Shown: positions 35,793 to 46,600 of the stretch, in pieces | Layout: every line of letters starts with the position of its first letter | Numbering within the stretch: position 1 is the stretch's first letter | From: Giardia intestinalis | Taxonomy: Eukaryota | Length of the DNA stretch: 64,000 nucleotides | Reading direction: 5' to 3' (one strand) | Assembly: GCA_000002435.2 (NCBI GenBank) | Contig: CM018790.1 | Made by a program: the position numbers and the translations under genes | Notes under the pieces: model-generated | What the model saw: the letters and a program-made list of their open reading frames with translations, nothing else | What the model was told of the DNA's origin: nothing | Database searches by the model: none

Positions 35793-36200
35793 CTAGTCTG
35801 CATCGGTGGTCGCGGCAAGAACCGCGTTACCGACGTCTCCTGTTTCACGGAGCAGACGGATTGCCTCGTCCTTTGAGACGTTCCCCTGTTCCATGACCGC
35901 CATGACATCCTCTTCAGAGAAGCCCTCCGGCTCTGGGTTAGTCTCTGCCTCGCCAGGGGCGTTTCCGGACTGTGCCATCTGCGAGTACATCATCTGCATG
36001 TATTGCTTCAGGCTGCTGGCCATTTCGTTACTGCGGGGCTCCCCTCCGACAACATATGTCTTCGTTTTAGGATTGTAGTAAATCTGAAGCCCCTCGTTGA
36101 TGGTGAATTCATGCTTCCCGCGGATAAACACAACCTTGTCGACGCCCTCCACCTTGACGAGCTTGAGCTTTTCCACCAGTGAATCCATAGATCCCGTCAT
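35793..36200 (-). CDS. NACA: Nascent polypeptide-associated complex alpha subunit (NAC-alpha), 135 aa.
   Basis: NAC domain LVKVEGVDKVVFIRGKHEFTINEGLQIYYNPKTKTYVVGGEP and C-terminal UBA-like SEEDVMAVMEQGNVSKDEAIRLLRETGDVGNAV. Confidence 0.8.
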   Translation of the reverse strand: MTGSMDSLVEKLKLVKVEGVDKVVFIRGKHEFTINEGLQIYYNPKTKTYVVGGEPRSNEMASSLKQYMQMMYSQMAQSGNAPGEAETNPEPEGFSEEDVMAVMEQGNVSKDEAIRLLRETGDVGNAVLAATTDAD

Positions 36201-36280
36201 TCAAAAAACTCGGAATTAATGAATGACAAATTAATTTTACTTTTTGTTATTTTTCGTGAAATGTCTCACTGTTGCAGCAT

Positions 36281-39163
36281 TTACTGCATCAGGTTCATTA
36301 TGCTCTCCTTCGAAGGCCCCACAAGATCCATACGGAGACAAACCTTTTTGTCTACAAGGTAGATCTTACATCTAACAAGGGCAACAGACCGCAGAAACAC
36401 TTGGCCTCCGAGGAACAGAGTGATTTCTTCGCTAGTCTCATTAACCTCCAGCAGAGAAAGCCCCAGGAAACTTGGGATTCTATCTGCGGCGTCCTCCTTT
36501 GTTGACAGGTCTGGAAGCTGAAACGTACCAGAAAGCACGTCCTTTGAGTCGGCAAACGAGTCACGAAGTGGTGCGAGCGCTTCAGAAGTGGCATTGCTTA
36601 CTAAATCAAAGCTCGAAGGGCCAAATGACCTCAATCGTACAACATCCGACATCCCATTGATTTCGTAGGTGAGAGTACCCCCGAATATTTCGTAGCAGTC
36701 TGTCTTACTAAGAAGTTCATCGAAACTTTTATACGGTAGCTGTTCGAACGAGAGCCAGAGGTATTTCTTGACTGGACTGGTACTTGACACATCCTCTGCA
36801 AATAAAGACTCAGCTGGACAGGAGAGCTCTGCCTCGTTCATGGTTAGGTGCAGCCGCATCACATCTGCTTTTAAGTCTTTATCCGAGGTCCCCATGGAGA
36901 ACAGTATTAAGACACCCTTGTGCAGAGCAGCATTAACGAAGATATAAGAGGCATCGCACCGTACGTCATAGCTACTGGTGACTATCGGGTGCCATATCCC
37001 GTTAGTAAACAGATAATTTGATAAGGCTCTGGTACCCTTGATGTCTGCCAGGTCGTTCTCTATGGCCTTTATTTCACTATCGTCTAGAATGGCAGACTCA
37101 CATATATGCGTAAAGCAATCTTCAAGAAGCTTATGAACACTAAGTGGAGCAGGCTCTTTAAACTTGGTTGGCTGGACATACTTCTGTGCTGCCAATGACA
37201 CAGTGCGCAAGGATTGTGACTTGGAGCACTCAAGCATCGTGTCTGGTCTGATGGTGGGCTGTGATGACGTCAGCTCTATAGAACTGAGATTTCCTTTGAG
37301 GATCTCCTCTTCTGCGGCAAGGATGCTATTCACGTCCAGGTACATAATGAAGTTACCCGCAGACCTGCTATCCTGTGCATTCTTCTGCTGCTGCAGATGG
37401 CTCATGATATAGTCCTTGACATACTCGTCACTTGCAGCAGTAATGTCTGCCAAGATGTAAAGAACACGTGTACATTCCTGTTGTATGGTGTCTGGACACC
37501 CAGAGTTGACGCTCAAAGAGTAAAGGGCATCTATGACAGCGAGGCGGGTGGATGATGGCTCTAGCCTTGCGCGGTTCCAGAGGAGGCAGACAATGGGAAG
37601 CAGCGCCTTTTCTGCAGCGTCATCAAGGGACAGGGCTGATTGATCTTCAGAGGTGTTGCGGCCTATGTCAGAGGACTCTGAAAAGCTTCCTCTATACATG
37701 TAGTTGGTAACGTCCAGTCTAGAAATCAAGTCACAGATCTTCTTTGTTATGAAGGAGTTAGGTGAGTCCTCGAGTAGCTCCAGTATGACGCGGAGAGACC
37801 GAACAGAGAGTTCAATGGCGCGATCGTTTGACTTGCTTAAAGGTTTTTCTGAAAAATCTATGAGGAGCCCAAATGTTTGAGTTCGTAGAGACGAATCACG
37901 AAGCTCTAAGAACTGTGCAAGAATGGGCAGGGAGGCAGTCACGTCGTGGGGAGAGACCTTGGCATACTCCTTTAGGGTTGAGAGGAAGCCAGACCTCAAA
38001 TTGTTGTTGACATTTGGTAACAGGGAGATTACTGTATTGAGTAGCTTTCCAATGGATGGTTCTGAGCCGCTACTTTCCTTGAATGCTGTATATGCCTGAG
38101 CAAAGGGTGTCCCTGCTATCCAGCAATGCAACTCTATCAAGACTTGCCCAGCAAGAACGGCAACAGCATGCGATGCAAACCCAGCTGCAGCCTCTATAGC
38201 TCCAAGTAACGTAAAGGTGCTAGTATCTGAGCTAGCTGTCTCTAGAGTAAAGCTTTCAAAATATCCACTTTGACTACAAGATCGCAGCAGTGAGTGTGCC
38301 AGATTAAGCCCAACAGTCCGGCTGACAGATCCAACGGCACTGGAGAGGTAGTGTGCAACGCCTAAAATGATGGCCTTCAACTTACGCGAATAGACTGCAT
38401 AAGGAAGAAGGAGGACCGCCTTCAGAGCCTCCAACGGACACATCTGATCGATGAATGAGGTGGAGGCTCCAGAATGACCATCGTACTTCTTCATGGGGGC
38501 AACCTGCTTGGGAAAGTGTTCCATAAGAATCTTCAGCTTCCGCTGATCATCAATCTCCTTGCTGTCTACCAGTCTGCGAATAAGAACCAGCTGCGCATAA
38601 GGGTTTGTTACTTGGCTAAGCTTGTCGACTTTTACATAGCTCGCCAGAAAAGCACCTGCAGGCCCCTTAACAGTCGTGCAGTTAGGAGCAGCCTGATCAG
38701 CTATTGAGACCCCAATCACCGATGCGGCATACCCTGCGGCGGAAACCAGGGTCGGGTCACGGGAATCACTGGCGGCTATGCGGGCCATTTTGGTAGCCTC
38801 TGTTACATTGGCGTCAACTGAGACCTCAGAGAGAAGACGGAGACACAGGGGCTGCAGTGGCTTGGCCTGATCATAAAGCTTGCAAAGAGAGTTGACAATA
38901 AATAACGCAGAGTCCAAGCGGGGAAGAATCGCATGTACGCAGCGCATGGAGAGGATTTGTACTGTCATGGTCGACACAGTGAGGACCTTCGTCAACGATA
39001 TAAACAGGTTCTTGAGATCTGCATCAGACATCACTTTTGTACCCTCTGTGTTAAAGATCCACAGTAAAGCAACGAGAATATCGCATCTGGCCTCTTCTGA
39101 CGTAGAGTGCTCAGCCAGAAAGCGACATTGTTGCAGAGTCTGCCCCTTATCGAAGACAGCCAT
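36281..39163 (-). CDS. Large all-helical (HEAT/ARM-like) protein, 960 aa, with a C-terminal beta-rich domain. It may be an adaptin/coatomer-type large subunit.
   Basis: Long uninterrupted ORF with amphipathic-helix repeat character, ATG at 39163 and an AT-rich initiator. The C-terminal about 120 aa (…ITLFLGGQVFLRSVALVRCKIYLVDKKVCLRMDLVGPS…) resembles an appendage or platform-type domain. No diagnostic motif found. Confidence 0.4.
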   Translation of the reverse strand: MAVFDKGQTLQQCRFLAEHSTSEEARCDILVALLWIFNTEGTKVMSDADLKNLFISLTKVLTVSTMTVQILSMRCVHAILPRLDSALFIVNSLCKLYDQAKPLQPLCLRLLSEVSVDANVTEATKMARIAASDSRDPTLVSAAGYAASVIGVSIADQAAPNCTTVKGPAGAFLASYVKVDKLSQVTNPYAQLVLIRRLVDSKEIDDQRKLKILMEHFPKQVAPMKKYDGHSGASTSFIDQMCPLEALKAVLLLPYAVYSRKLKAIILGVAHYLSSAVGSVSRTVGLNLAHSLLRSCSQSGYFESFTLETASSDTSTFTLLGAIEAAAGFASHAVAVLAGQVLIELHCWIAGTPFAQAYTAFKESSGSEPSIGKLLNTVISLLPNVNNNLRSGFLSTLKEYAKVSPHDVTASLPILAQFLELRDSSLRTQTFGLLIDFSEKPLSKSNDRAIELSVRSLRVILELLEDSPNSFITKKICDLISRLDVTNYMYRGSFSESSDIGRNTSEDQSALSLDDAAEKALLPIVCLLWNRARLEPSSTRLAVIDALYSLSVNSGCPDTIQQECTRVLYILADITAASDEYVKDYIMSHLQQQKNAQDSRSAGNFIMYLDVNSILAAEEEILKGNLSSIELTSSQPTIRPDTMLECSKSQSLRTVSLAAQKYVQPTKFKEPAPLSVHKLLEDCFTHICESAILDDSEIKAIENDLADIKGTRALSNYLFTNGIWHPIVTSSYDVRCDASYIFVNAALHKGVLILFSMGTSDKDLKADVMRLHLTMNEAELSCPAESLFAEDVSSTSPVKKYLWLSFEQLPYKSFDELLSKTDCYEIFGGTLTYEINGMSDVVRLRSFGPSSFDLVSNATSEALAPLRDSFADSKDVLSGTFQLPDLSTKEDAADRIPSFLGLSLLEVNETSEEITLFLGGQVFLRSVALVRCKIYLVDKKVCLRMDLVGPSKESIMNLMQ

Positions 39164-39589
39164 TCCAAAGGCCTGTAAGTTTTTATTTCATAGTATCAGC
39201 CAGCCAACACGAAGACTACCGGAAGCTCTCCTATGAAACTGCAGAAAGGCGTTTCCTTCACGGGCAATATCTGTCATTATGGCATCGAGTCCTTACCTTA
39301 GTGTGCACGTACTACCATGTGTCTATGAAAGCTCACTAGCAGATTTATTGAAGCATGTTGCAGACCATCAACACGCGTATGTTTCTACTCCCATTTGTAA
39401 TACCACAGGCTCTTCGACTGACGCTACTGGCAGAGAGCATAGTATATGTTGGTAGTTCTTCGTCACTCTTCAAGAGTAACTTAAAGACCCTTTGCTGGGT
39501 AACATTTGCCATTCAACTGTTCAGCCTGAGATCCATTGCAGCTAGTATGCACGGCACGTTCGCCAGACGAGGGCAGAAATATAAAGATA

Positions 39590-41410
39590 ATGCCCCTCAT
39601 ATCATTCTCTGCTGCGCAGGCCATCGTAGCTCAGCTTCTTTCTTCTACTACTGAACCTATGTCTCCAGCTGATCCAGAGACGATTGTTACGTCGCTAGTG
39701 GGGATCTTTGTTGTAGAAAACTACTTTGGCTATCTGCCATCTCCTCGAGATTATAGCGGCCTAGAAGACGATACCCCCTTCGTACACTCTAAGCACCTCC
39801 TTGACCATGCCAAAAAGAGTCTGGTGGAGCTTCCGACCAATCGCGTTGAGCACTGGCAAGGAATAATTGCAGTTTTAGAGTCTGTTTGCCAGCCATATAG
39901 CGTACTACGAAACACTTTCCACAGGTATTTCGGGGCTGTCCACCAGGCGCTGCTACTGATTCAAGATATAGACATGCCCTTGTTGGCTCTAAAGGATGGA
40001 CCAGAAGAAGAGTTGTATAAAGACTATCTGCGTGCTCTCCACACAATTCAGGAGTATCCCCTTTCGTCACAGCTTAATCTTGATAGGCTTACAACACAGC
40101 TTAAATGCCTCCTTGAAAAGGTGCGCCGCGCAGAAGCCGCAGAAGACACCACTCTCTCAGCCAGTCTCCTCGCGTGCTTAGTGGACCTTCTTATTGTCTC
40201 ACACACAATCGAAGACGCAGATTGTGCAGAAAACAATCATAAGGCACTAGTAGCTATCGAAACACACCTGGTAGCACTGTTTCCAGGGGACGATCTGGAG
40301 CGGGCCATCCAATTTGTCTTCTCCACACACCTATTGGGATTTCCCTACTTCATGCTACGCTTTTGCAAACTTCAGCTGTATTTATTCGCATCAGACTACG
40401 CCTCGATTTATCGTGAGCTCTCGCTGATCGGGTGTCATTCCAATGCTCTTGAGTTCTTAATATTAGCTAACCAGGTGGAGATGGCCAAGAGCCTACTACT
40501 CATACGCCTGTCAACGACATTGCAAACACAATATAGTACTACTGAAGGTCTTTTCACAGATTTTCCTGACGCTATACTTAAGAAAAGTGCATACCCTTTG
40601 ATAATGTCCACCTCAGTAAGAGAACCCTTTCTTCATTACCTCCTTCTCCTGGGGGAATTGGCAGATAATCGCCTTGTTATGCGCTTTGTCCTATCTAAAA
40701 CAACTAAGCATAAGTTCAGAGCTGCGTCTGATCTGGGTCTTTGGTACTTAAACAGGTATCAAGAAGCGCACGAAATAAAAGCACTGCATATCTCCTTAAG
40801 GTACTACTTGAAGGCTCTTCGTCAGAATACAACAAACATAGCAGTGAAGGACAGGTGTGGAACGCTCTATCTTTTGTTAGCTCGAAGAACATACAGTGAG
40901 AATAGACGGAATAGATGTTTGGAGAAGGCGTATGAGCTGTGCAAGAGCCTTTGTGAGTCAACTTCGGAGCAGTACAAGTTCTATCACACACTCGGTCTCA
41001 TTACTCTGGAGCAGGGGCACGTTTCCGAGGCGCTTTGTCACTTATATAGCGCTTGCCGTGCGGCCATAAGCTGTGATCAGGTTGATAAGACACCGTTCCT
41101 AACTTATCTCTCAGCAATCAACCGCTTGCCGGGACTCCATTGTCAGAGATTTAATATTGAAGAGCTTTCGCTTGTCATTCAGTTTCTTTGGACGTTTCAA
41201 GAGCGCCAGTCTACGTCTGTGGACGTTCGAAGTTTGATCATCGTCGGAGCGCTGGTCCTTCGGGCTATACGCTTGTTTCCAAGGATAAAGCAATCCATGG
41301 CCTTTGTTGCCTCGTTTTGCCGTTGGGAAGAAATATCCCAGACAACAAAGAACTTGATCCTCCAGTTGCATGTTACTGCTATCAAAAAGGAGCTCGATCT
41401 TATCAGCTAG
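39590..41410 (+). CDS. Hypothetical helical (TPR-like?) protein, about 607 aa.
   Basis: ORF 39536..41410. The ORF-finder start is TTG, the first ATG is at 39590 (MPLISFSAAQ...) and it is preceded by the AT-rich ggcagaaatataaagataATG. No conserved motif recognised. Confidence 0.45.
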   Translation: MPLISFSAAQAIVAQLLSSTTEPMSPADPETIVTSLVGIFVVENYFGYLPSPRDYSGLEDDTPFVHSKHLLDHAKKSLVELPTNRVEHWQGIIAVLESVCQPYSVLRNTFHRYFGAVHQALLLIQDIDMPLLALKDGPEEELYKDYLRALHTIQEYPLSSQLNLDRLTTQLKCLLEKVRRAEAAEDTTLSASLLACLVDLLIVSHTIEDADCAENNHKALVAIETHLVALFPGDDLERAIQFVFSTHLLGFPYFMLRFCKLQLYLFASDYASIYRELSLIGCHSNALEFLILANQVEMAKSLLLIRLSTTLQTQYSTTEGLFTDFPDAILKKSAYPLIMSTSVREPFLHYLLLLGELADNRLVMRFVLSKTTKHKFRAASDLGLWYLNRYQEAHEIKALHISLRYYLKALRQNTTNIAVKDRCGTLYLLLARRTYSENRRNRCLEKAYELCKSLCESTSEQYKFYHTLGLITLEQGHVSEALCHLYSACRAAISCDQVDKTPFLTYLSAINRLPGLHCQRFNIEELSLVIQFLWTFQERQSTSVDVRSLIIVGALVLRAIRLFPRIKQSMAFVASFCRWEEISQTTKNLILQLHVTAIKKELDLIS

Positions 41411-41910
41411 TTGCTCCCAATGATTGTACGAGGATTTACAATTTTCAATCTTGACTAGTTCAACCACATTAAAATAAAATCTTGCAATAAGGGAGTCTCA
41501 CAGCTCATAGACTGCTATGGCCAGCCAGAAGATATATGGTAAAATAAGGAATTGTCTTTCTAACATCCCTTAATCCCTGTTTGTGCAAAGTATATTCCAT
41601 CGGGTTGCTGAGAACTAGGGGAACAGTTTTCGGCAATAAACGCTCTACTATGCTGCTTGGGTACACCTGACTTTCAGATAGTCACAGGAATGCTTTGAGG
41701 GCCCTGCACAACTTTTCCTCAAGAGGTAAGCCAAAACATCAGTATTTGGGATGCTTTTCAATCCTTCCAGCTAAACTGCTTGGCATTCTTGTGCTCATGA
41801 GTAGTTTGACAGCCTGATCTAGAAAAACCAGACCCTTTGAGGACGAGAATAAAATGCAATAATAATCTATTTTAAATTGACTTTACATTTCACTTTTAAA
41901 AGGTCCCCGA

Positions 41911-43239
41911 ATGGGCAAGGAGAAGAAGCACATCAACCTCGTCGTCATCGGGCACGTCGACAACGGGAAGTCGACGCTGACGGGCCACCTCATCTACAAG
42001 TGCGGCGGGATCGACCAGCGCACGATCGACGAGTACGAGAAGCGCGCGACGGAGATGGGCAAGGGCTCCTTCAAGTACGCGTGGGTCCTCGACCAGCTCA
42101 AGGACGAGCGCGAGCGCGGGATCACGATCAACATCGCGCTCTGGAAGTTTGAGACGAAGAAGTACATCGTCACGATCATCGACGCCCCGGGCCACCGCGA
42201 CTTCATCAAGAACATGATCACGGGGACGTCCCAGGCCGACGTCGCGATCCTCGTCGTCGCGGCGGGCCAGGGCGAGTTCGAGGCCGGGATCTCGAAGGAC
42301 GGCCAGACGCGCGAGCACGCGACCCTTGCGAACACGCTCGGGATCAAGACGATGATCATCTGCGTCAACAAGATGGACGACGGCCAGGTCAAGTACTCGA
42401 AGGAGCGCTACGACGAGATCAAGGGCGAGATGATGAAGCAGCTCAAGAACATCGGCTGGAAGAAGGCCGAGGAGTTCGACTACATCCCGACGTCCGGCTG
42501 GACCGGGGACAACATCATGGAGAAGTCCGACAAGATGCCCTGGTACGAGGGCCCGTGCCTGATCGACGCGATCGACGGGCTCAAGGCCCCGAAGCGCCCG
42601 ACCGACAAGCCCCTCCGCCTCCCGATCCAGGACGTCTACAAGATCTCGGGCGTCGGGACCGTCCCCGCGGGCCGCGTCGAGACGGGCGAGCTCGCGCCCG
42701 GGATGAAGGTCGTCTTCGCCCCGACGTCCCAGGTCTCGGAGGTCAAGTCCGTCGAGATGCACCACGAGGAGCTCAAGAAGGCCGGGCCCGGGGACAACGT
42801 CGGCTTCAACGTCCGCGGGCTCGCCGTCAAGGACCTCAAGAAGGGCTACGTCGTCGGGGACGTGACGAACGACCCGCCCGTCGGCTGCAAGAGCTTCACC
42901 GCCCAGGTCATCGTCATGAACCACCCGAAGAAGATCCAGCCCGGCTACACGCCCGTCATCGACTGCCACACCGCGCACATCGCGTGCCAGTTCCAGCTCT
43001 TCCTCCAGAAGCTCGACAAGCGCACGCTCAAGCCCGAGATGGAGAACCCGCCCGACGCAGGCCGCGGCGACTGCATCATCGTCAAGATGGTCCCCCAGAA
43101 GCCCCTGTGCTGCGAGACGTTCAACGACTACGCGCCCCTCGGCCGCTTCGCCGTCCGCGACATGAAGCGCACCGTCGCCGTCGGGATCATCCAGGAGATC
43201 GACAAGGAGGAGTTCAAGCCCCCCAAGGGCGGCAAGTGA
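41911..43239 (+). CDS. EF1A: Translation elongation factor 1-alpha (copy 2), 442 aa, with a protein identical to copy 1.
   Basis: Same protein string as 4537..5865. GC3-saturated. The overlapping ORFs 41896..42978(-), 41877..42152(+) and 42555..43289(+) are artefacts. Confidence 0.97.
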   Translation: MGKEKKHINLVVIGHVDNGKSTLTGHLIYKCGGIDQRTIDEYEKRATEMGKGSFKYAWVLDQLKDERERGITINIALWKFETKKYIVTIIDAPGHRDFIKNMITGTSQADVAILVVAAGQGEFEAGISKDGQTREHATLANTLGIKTMIICVNKMDDGQVKYSKERYDEIKGEMMKQLKNIGWKKAEEFDYIPTSGWTGDNIMEKSDKMPWYEGPCLIDAIDGLKAPKRPTDKPLRLPIQDVYKISGVGTVPAGRVETGELAPGMKVVFAPTSQVSEVKSVEMHHEELKKAGPGDNVGFNVRGLAVKDLKKGYVVGDVTNDPPVGCKSFTAQVIVMNHPKKIQPGYTPVIDCHTAHIACQFQLFLQKLDKRTLKPEMENPPDAGRGDCIIVKMVPQKPLCCETFNDYAPLGRFAVRDMKRTVAVGIIQEIDKEEFKPPKGGK

Positions 43240-43245
43240 GTAAAC
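43239..43245 (+). terminator. AGTAAAC poly(A) signal overlapping the EF1A copy-2 TGA stop.
   Basis: The sequence aagTGAGTAAACgtctaagcgcaggg is identical to the copy-1 3' end. Confidence 0.6.
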
Positions 43246-43669
43246 GTCTAAGCGCAGGGAGAGATCAGCTGGTCGTTATCTCTCAATGACGGCGTCGGCT
43301 CGCTGCCTTTCCTGGGTGTTTGGTGCACGGACCTGGGGTGTTTACTTCCTTTGCAAGAATCGATAAAAACGTCATAAACGCTGAGAAAGCCGAAATGTAG
43401 TGTAAGTAGAAATCTGAGGGTTGATGGTCATAAATCGAGCAATTCTACGCAGCATACCGTAGGGAGATAATATGGTGGTTTCTGCGATGTGAGCTGAAAC
43501 GCCGATTGGACCTACCTGCAATCTTAAGAGGAAATCTCAGAATTGTTCTCTACAAACAACTGCCCACAAGAATTACAGACAGAGGTGTGGCGTATACTTT
43601 ACTGACAAAAGTCCTAGTTCTGTACTTTTGCAGTATGTAGTTTATTATATTCCGTTGGTTTATATTTAA

Positions 43670-46600
43670 ATGCTTGCGGTCCTTGGTCTGCTGATCGCCT
43701 TTCAAGCAGCGAAGTGTACACACTCCAACCAGGTCAGCGATTGCGCAGAGGACCGTTGCGAGGAGATCAACGGCCACGAGCTGTGCACAGAGTGTAGGAA
43801 TGCTGGCTACATACCCTTCAACGGACACTGCATTAAGTATGATAGCGAGCAACACTCTTCATGCAAGAGTGCAGATGGTACACCCATTGTAAGCGAAAAG
43901 AGGTGCGGGATGTGTACAGACTCCATGTATCTATACAAAGGAGGCTGCTACGCGTGCGGTAATCTTTACCCCGGGAACCTTATATGTAGCGAGTGCGATA
44001 AAGGAGTTTGCAAGTCTTGTACGTCTGGTTTCTTTAGGAACCCTGCAGCGTCGCAAACAGTCGATTCGTGTGTTCGGTGTGATGACACAACAGGAGTGGC
44101 GGACTTTGTAGGAGTTGCCGGTTGCCTGCATTGCCTCTCGCCGTCTAAGTCTAAGGGTCCTGACGTGGCCCTATGTGTCAAGTGTAAGCTCTCGACACAC
44201 AAGCCTAATCCGAACGGAGACATTTGCTACAGATGCGAGATCCCAGACTGCCCTAGGTGTGCGGCTGATGATTCGTGTGCAGTTTGTGGTCGCGGGTATC
44301 TTAAGGGAACAACCAAGCGTGTTTGCGTCTCTCAGTGTGGAGTTGGCTTCTACGTAGCCCCTACTCAGCTGCGACAATGCAAAAAATGCTCTGGTGCGTG
44401 TCAAACCTGCGAAGGACCTAATGAAACAGATTGCACCTCTTGCAATGAATCGGAGGGCTATTTTCTGGCAGCAGAGAATGGAACGGGGAGGTGTGTTTCC
44501 TGTGGAGACGAGCAGGGACACGCTGGATGGAAAGGAGTAGCAAATTGCAAGACCTGCATTCCTCCCAGTACGCCTGGAGTGGTTAAATGCACAACATGCG
44601 AGTTGGGCCATTCGCCTATTAATGGAAAATGCGAAGTAGAGTGTGGCGAGCCATCTGGGTATTGCGAAGAAAATAGCTGTAACGTTGCCTGGAGCGACGA
44701 TCTCCTCTGCTCTCGGTGCATCGAAGGATATGCGCCTATCGAAGGTATGTGTAATGTAGTTACACCCGATCATGGAAGTGGCTGCGTTGCCAATAAGGGA
44801 CGTTGTGAAAAATGTGGTTTGTGGTACTTCCTTTACCAAGGAGGATGTTATAACGTATGGTTGGGATACAATCACTTTGTTTGTTTAGAAGCCGGGGCCA
44901 AACCTGAGGAAATTGGGTTGTGTAAGAGGTGTGCAAGTGGATTTCGGAATGAGAAAGGTATTTGCGTGCGCTGCCGGGACCCGTACTGTAAGACGTGTAT
45001 TCAGGACACAAACACGTGCGAGTCCTGCATCGACGGATACTACGATCCGAGCTTTTGCAAACGATGCCACGATGACTGTGAGACATGCGTAGGAGAAGGT
45101 CCAAGGCGATGCCTCACATGTCCCTCGAAGAAGTACTTATTGCCTATATATAAAAACATCGGAGTTTGTGTGGATGGGTCGCAATGTGGCTACGGGATGT
45201 ATGGAGATATCTCTTCTCAGAAGTGCCTTCCCTGTAGTGCAGGATGTGCTACATGCAGAAGCTCGAGAGATGATGAATGCATATCCTGCTACCTCCGGAC
45301 ACACTTCTTTGTTCCTACTGGGCAGAACCGTGGCAAATGCATCGAATGTGGAGACACAACCAATCCTAAAGGGATTAATGGTTGTAGAGAGTGCGCTATG
45401 GAAAACGATTTGGTTAAGTGTCTTTCTTGTAGGGTCGGCTATATATTGGTCAATGGCAAGTGCCAGTCCCACTGTGAGGACCCCAATTGCGCGGCGGGCT
45501 CGTGCATGGTGGGAATAGGCGAGGAGCTGTACTGTAGCTTGTGCAAGACGGATGGACACGCGCCTGTGGACGGCATTTGCACTGATGTAACAAGCGCACA
45601 CCCCAGCGGTTGCGTGACTGGCGTAGGTTTTGACTCAGCGCGGAGCTGTATTCGGTGTGGTGCGGGGTACTTCCTGTACATGGGCGGTTGCTACCAGGAG
45701 AACAAGGAGCCCGGAAAAAGCATCTGTACCTGGGCAGGTGTTCCTGGTTACGTTAATGGAAACAACTACGGTCTTGGTCTTTGTAATGCATGTGCCGCCG
45801 GCTATGAGAACCAAGACGGAGTCTGCCGCCCCTGTACCACGGTGAATTGCGAGCGGTGCCGGATGGATGACCAGGGGGAGGTGTGCACACACTGCATGGT
45901 CGGGTACGTTCTGGATCAGGCAGGCACATGCACCACCAAGACCATGGGTTCATGCACGGTCCCAGATTGCGCCGAGTGTACTGAGGGCAAGAAGTGTCGG
46001 CGTTGTGGACCCGGGTTCTTCCTCACCAGTGTGGGGACCTGCGTGGACAACTGCAGAAGCATTCCCGGGCACTACGCACTTGATGCCACGGAGAAGAGCC
46101 CCGCAAGGTGCGCTCTGTGTGAGATCCCGAACTGCAAAGAGTGTGGAGCCGGTAAGCTTTGTGCTGTGTGCTCGGACGGGTACTTCTCCGACAACGGAGT
46201 CTGCACTCCTTGCGACAGCACGTGCGCCACCTGCGTAGCTAAGGGCCCCAGTAGCTGCGTGTCTTGCCCGTCGGGCTACGCGGTAACGTCTGAATCGGGG
46301 GTCGGGGAGTGCAAGAAACCGTGTACCCCGTCAGCCGACGGCTGCAAGAGGTGCGACGCGAGCATCGACGGAGCAAGCTACTGCTCTGTATGCAGCGCGC
46401 AGACCGCGTTCCCTCTGAACGGCAAATGCGTCGGGCTCTCCGCACGGGCAGGGTCCGCGTGCGTCTCTGTGGTCGACGGCGCCTGCACGAGTTGTGCAGA
46501 CGGATACTTCCTCCTGTCGGGAGGATGCTACCAGGTGGACACATATCCTGGACGCACCGTCTGCCATGCAGAGGAGAGGGGCGTGTGCACCAAGGGCGCG

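Larger units (their letters stand above)
41911..43259 (+). repeat. Duplicated segment (copy B) corresponding to 4537..5885.
   Basis: See copy A. The flanks diverge immediately outside the CDS plus 20 nt. Confidence 0.9.
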
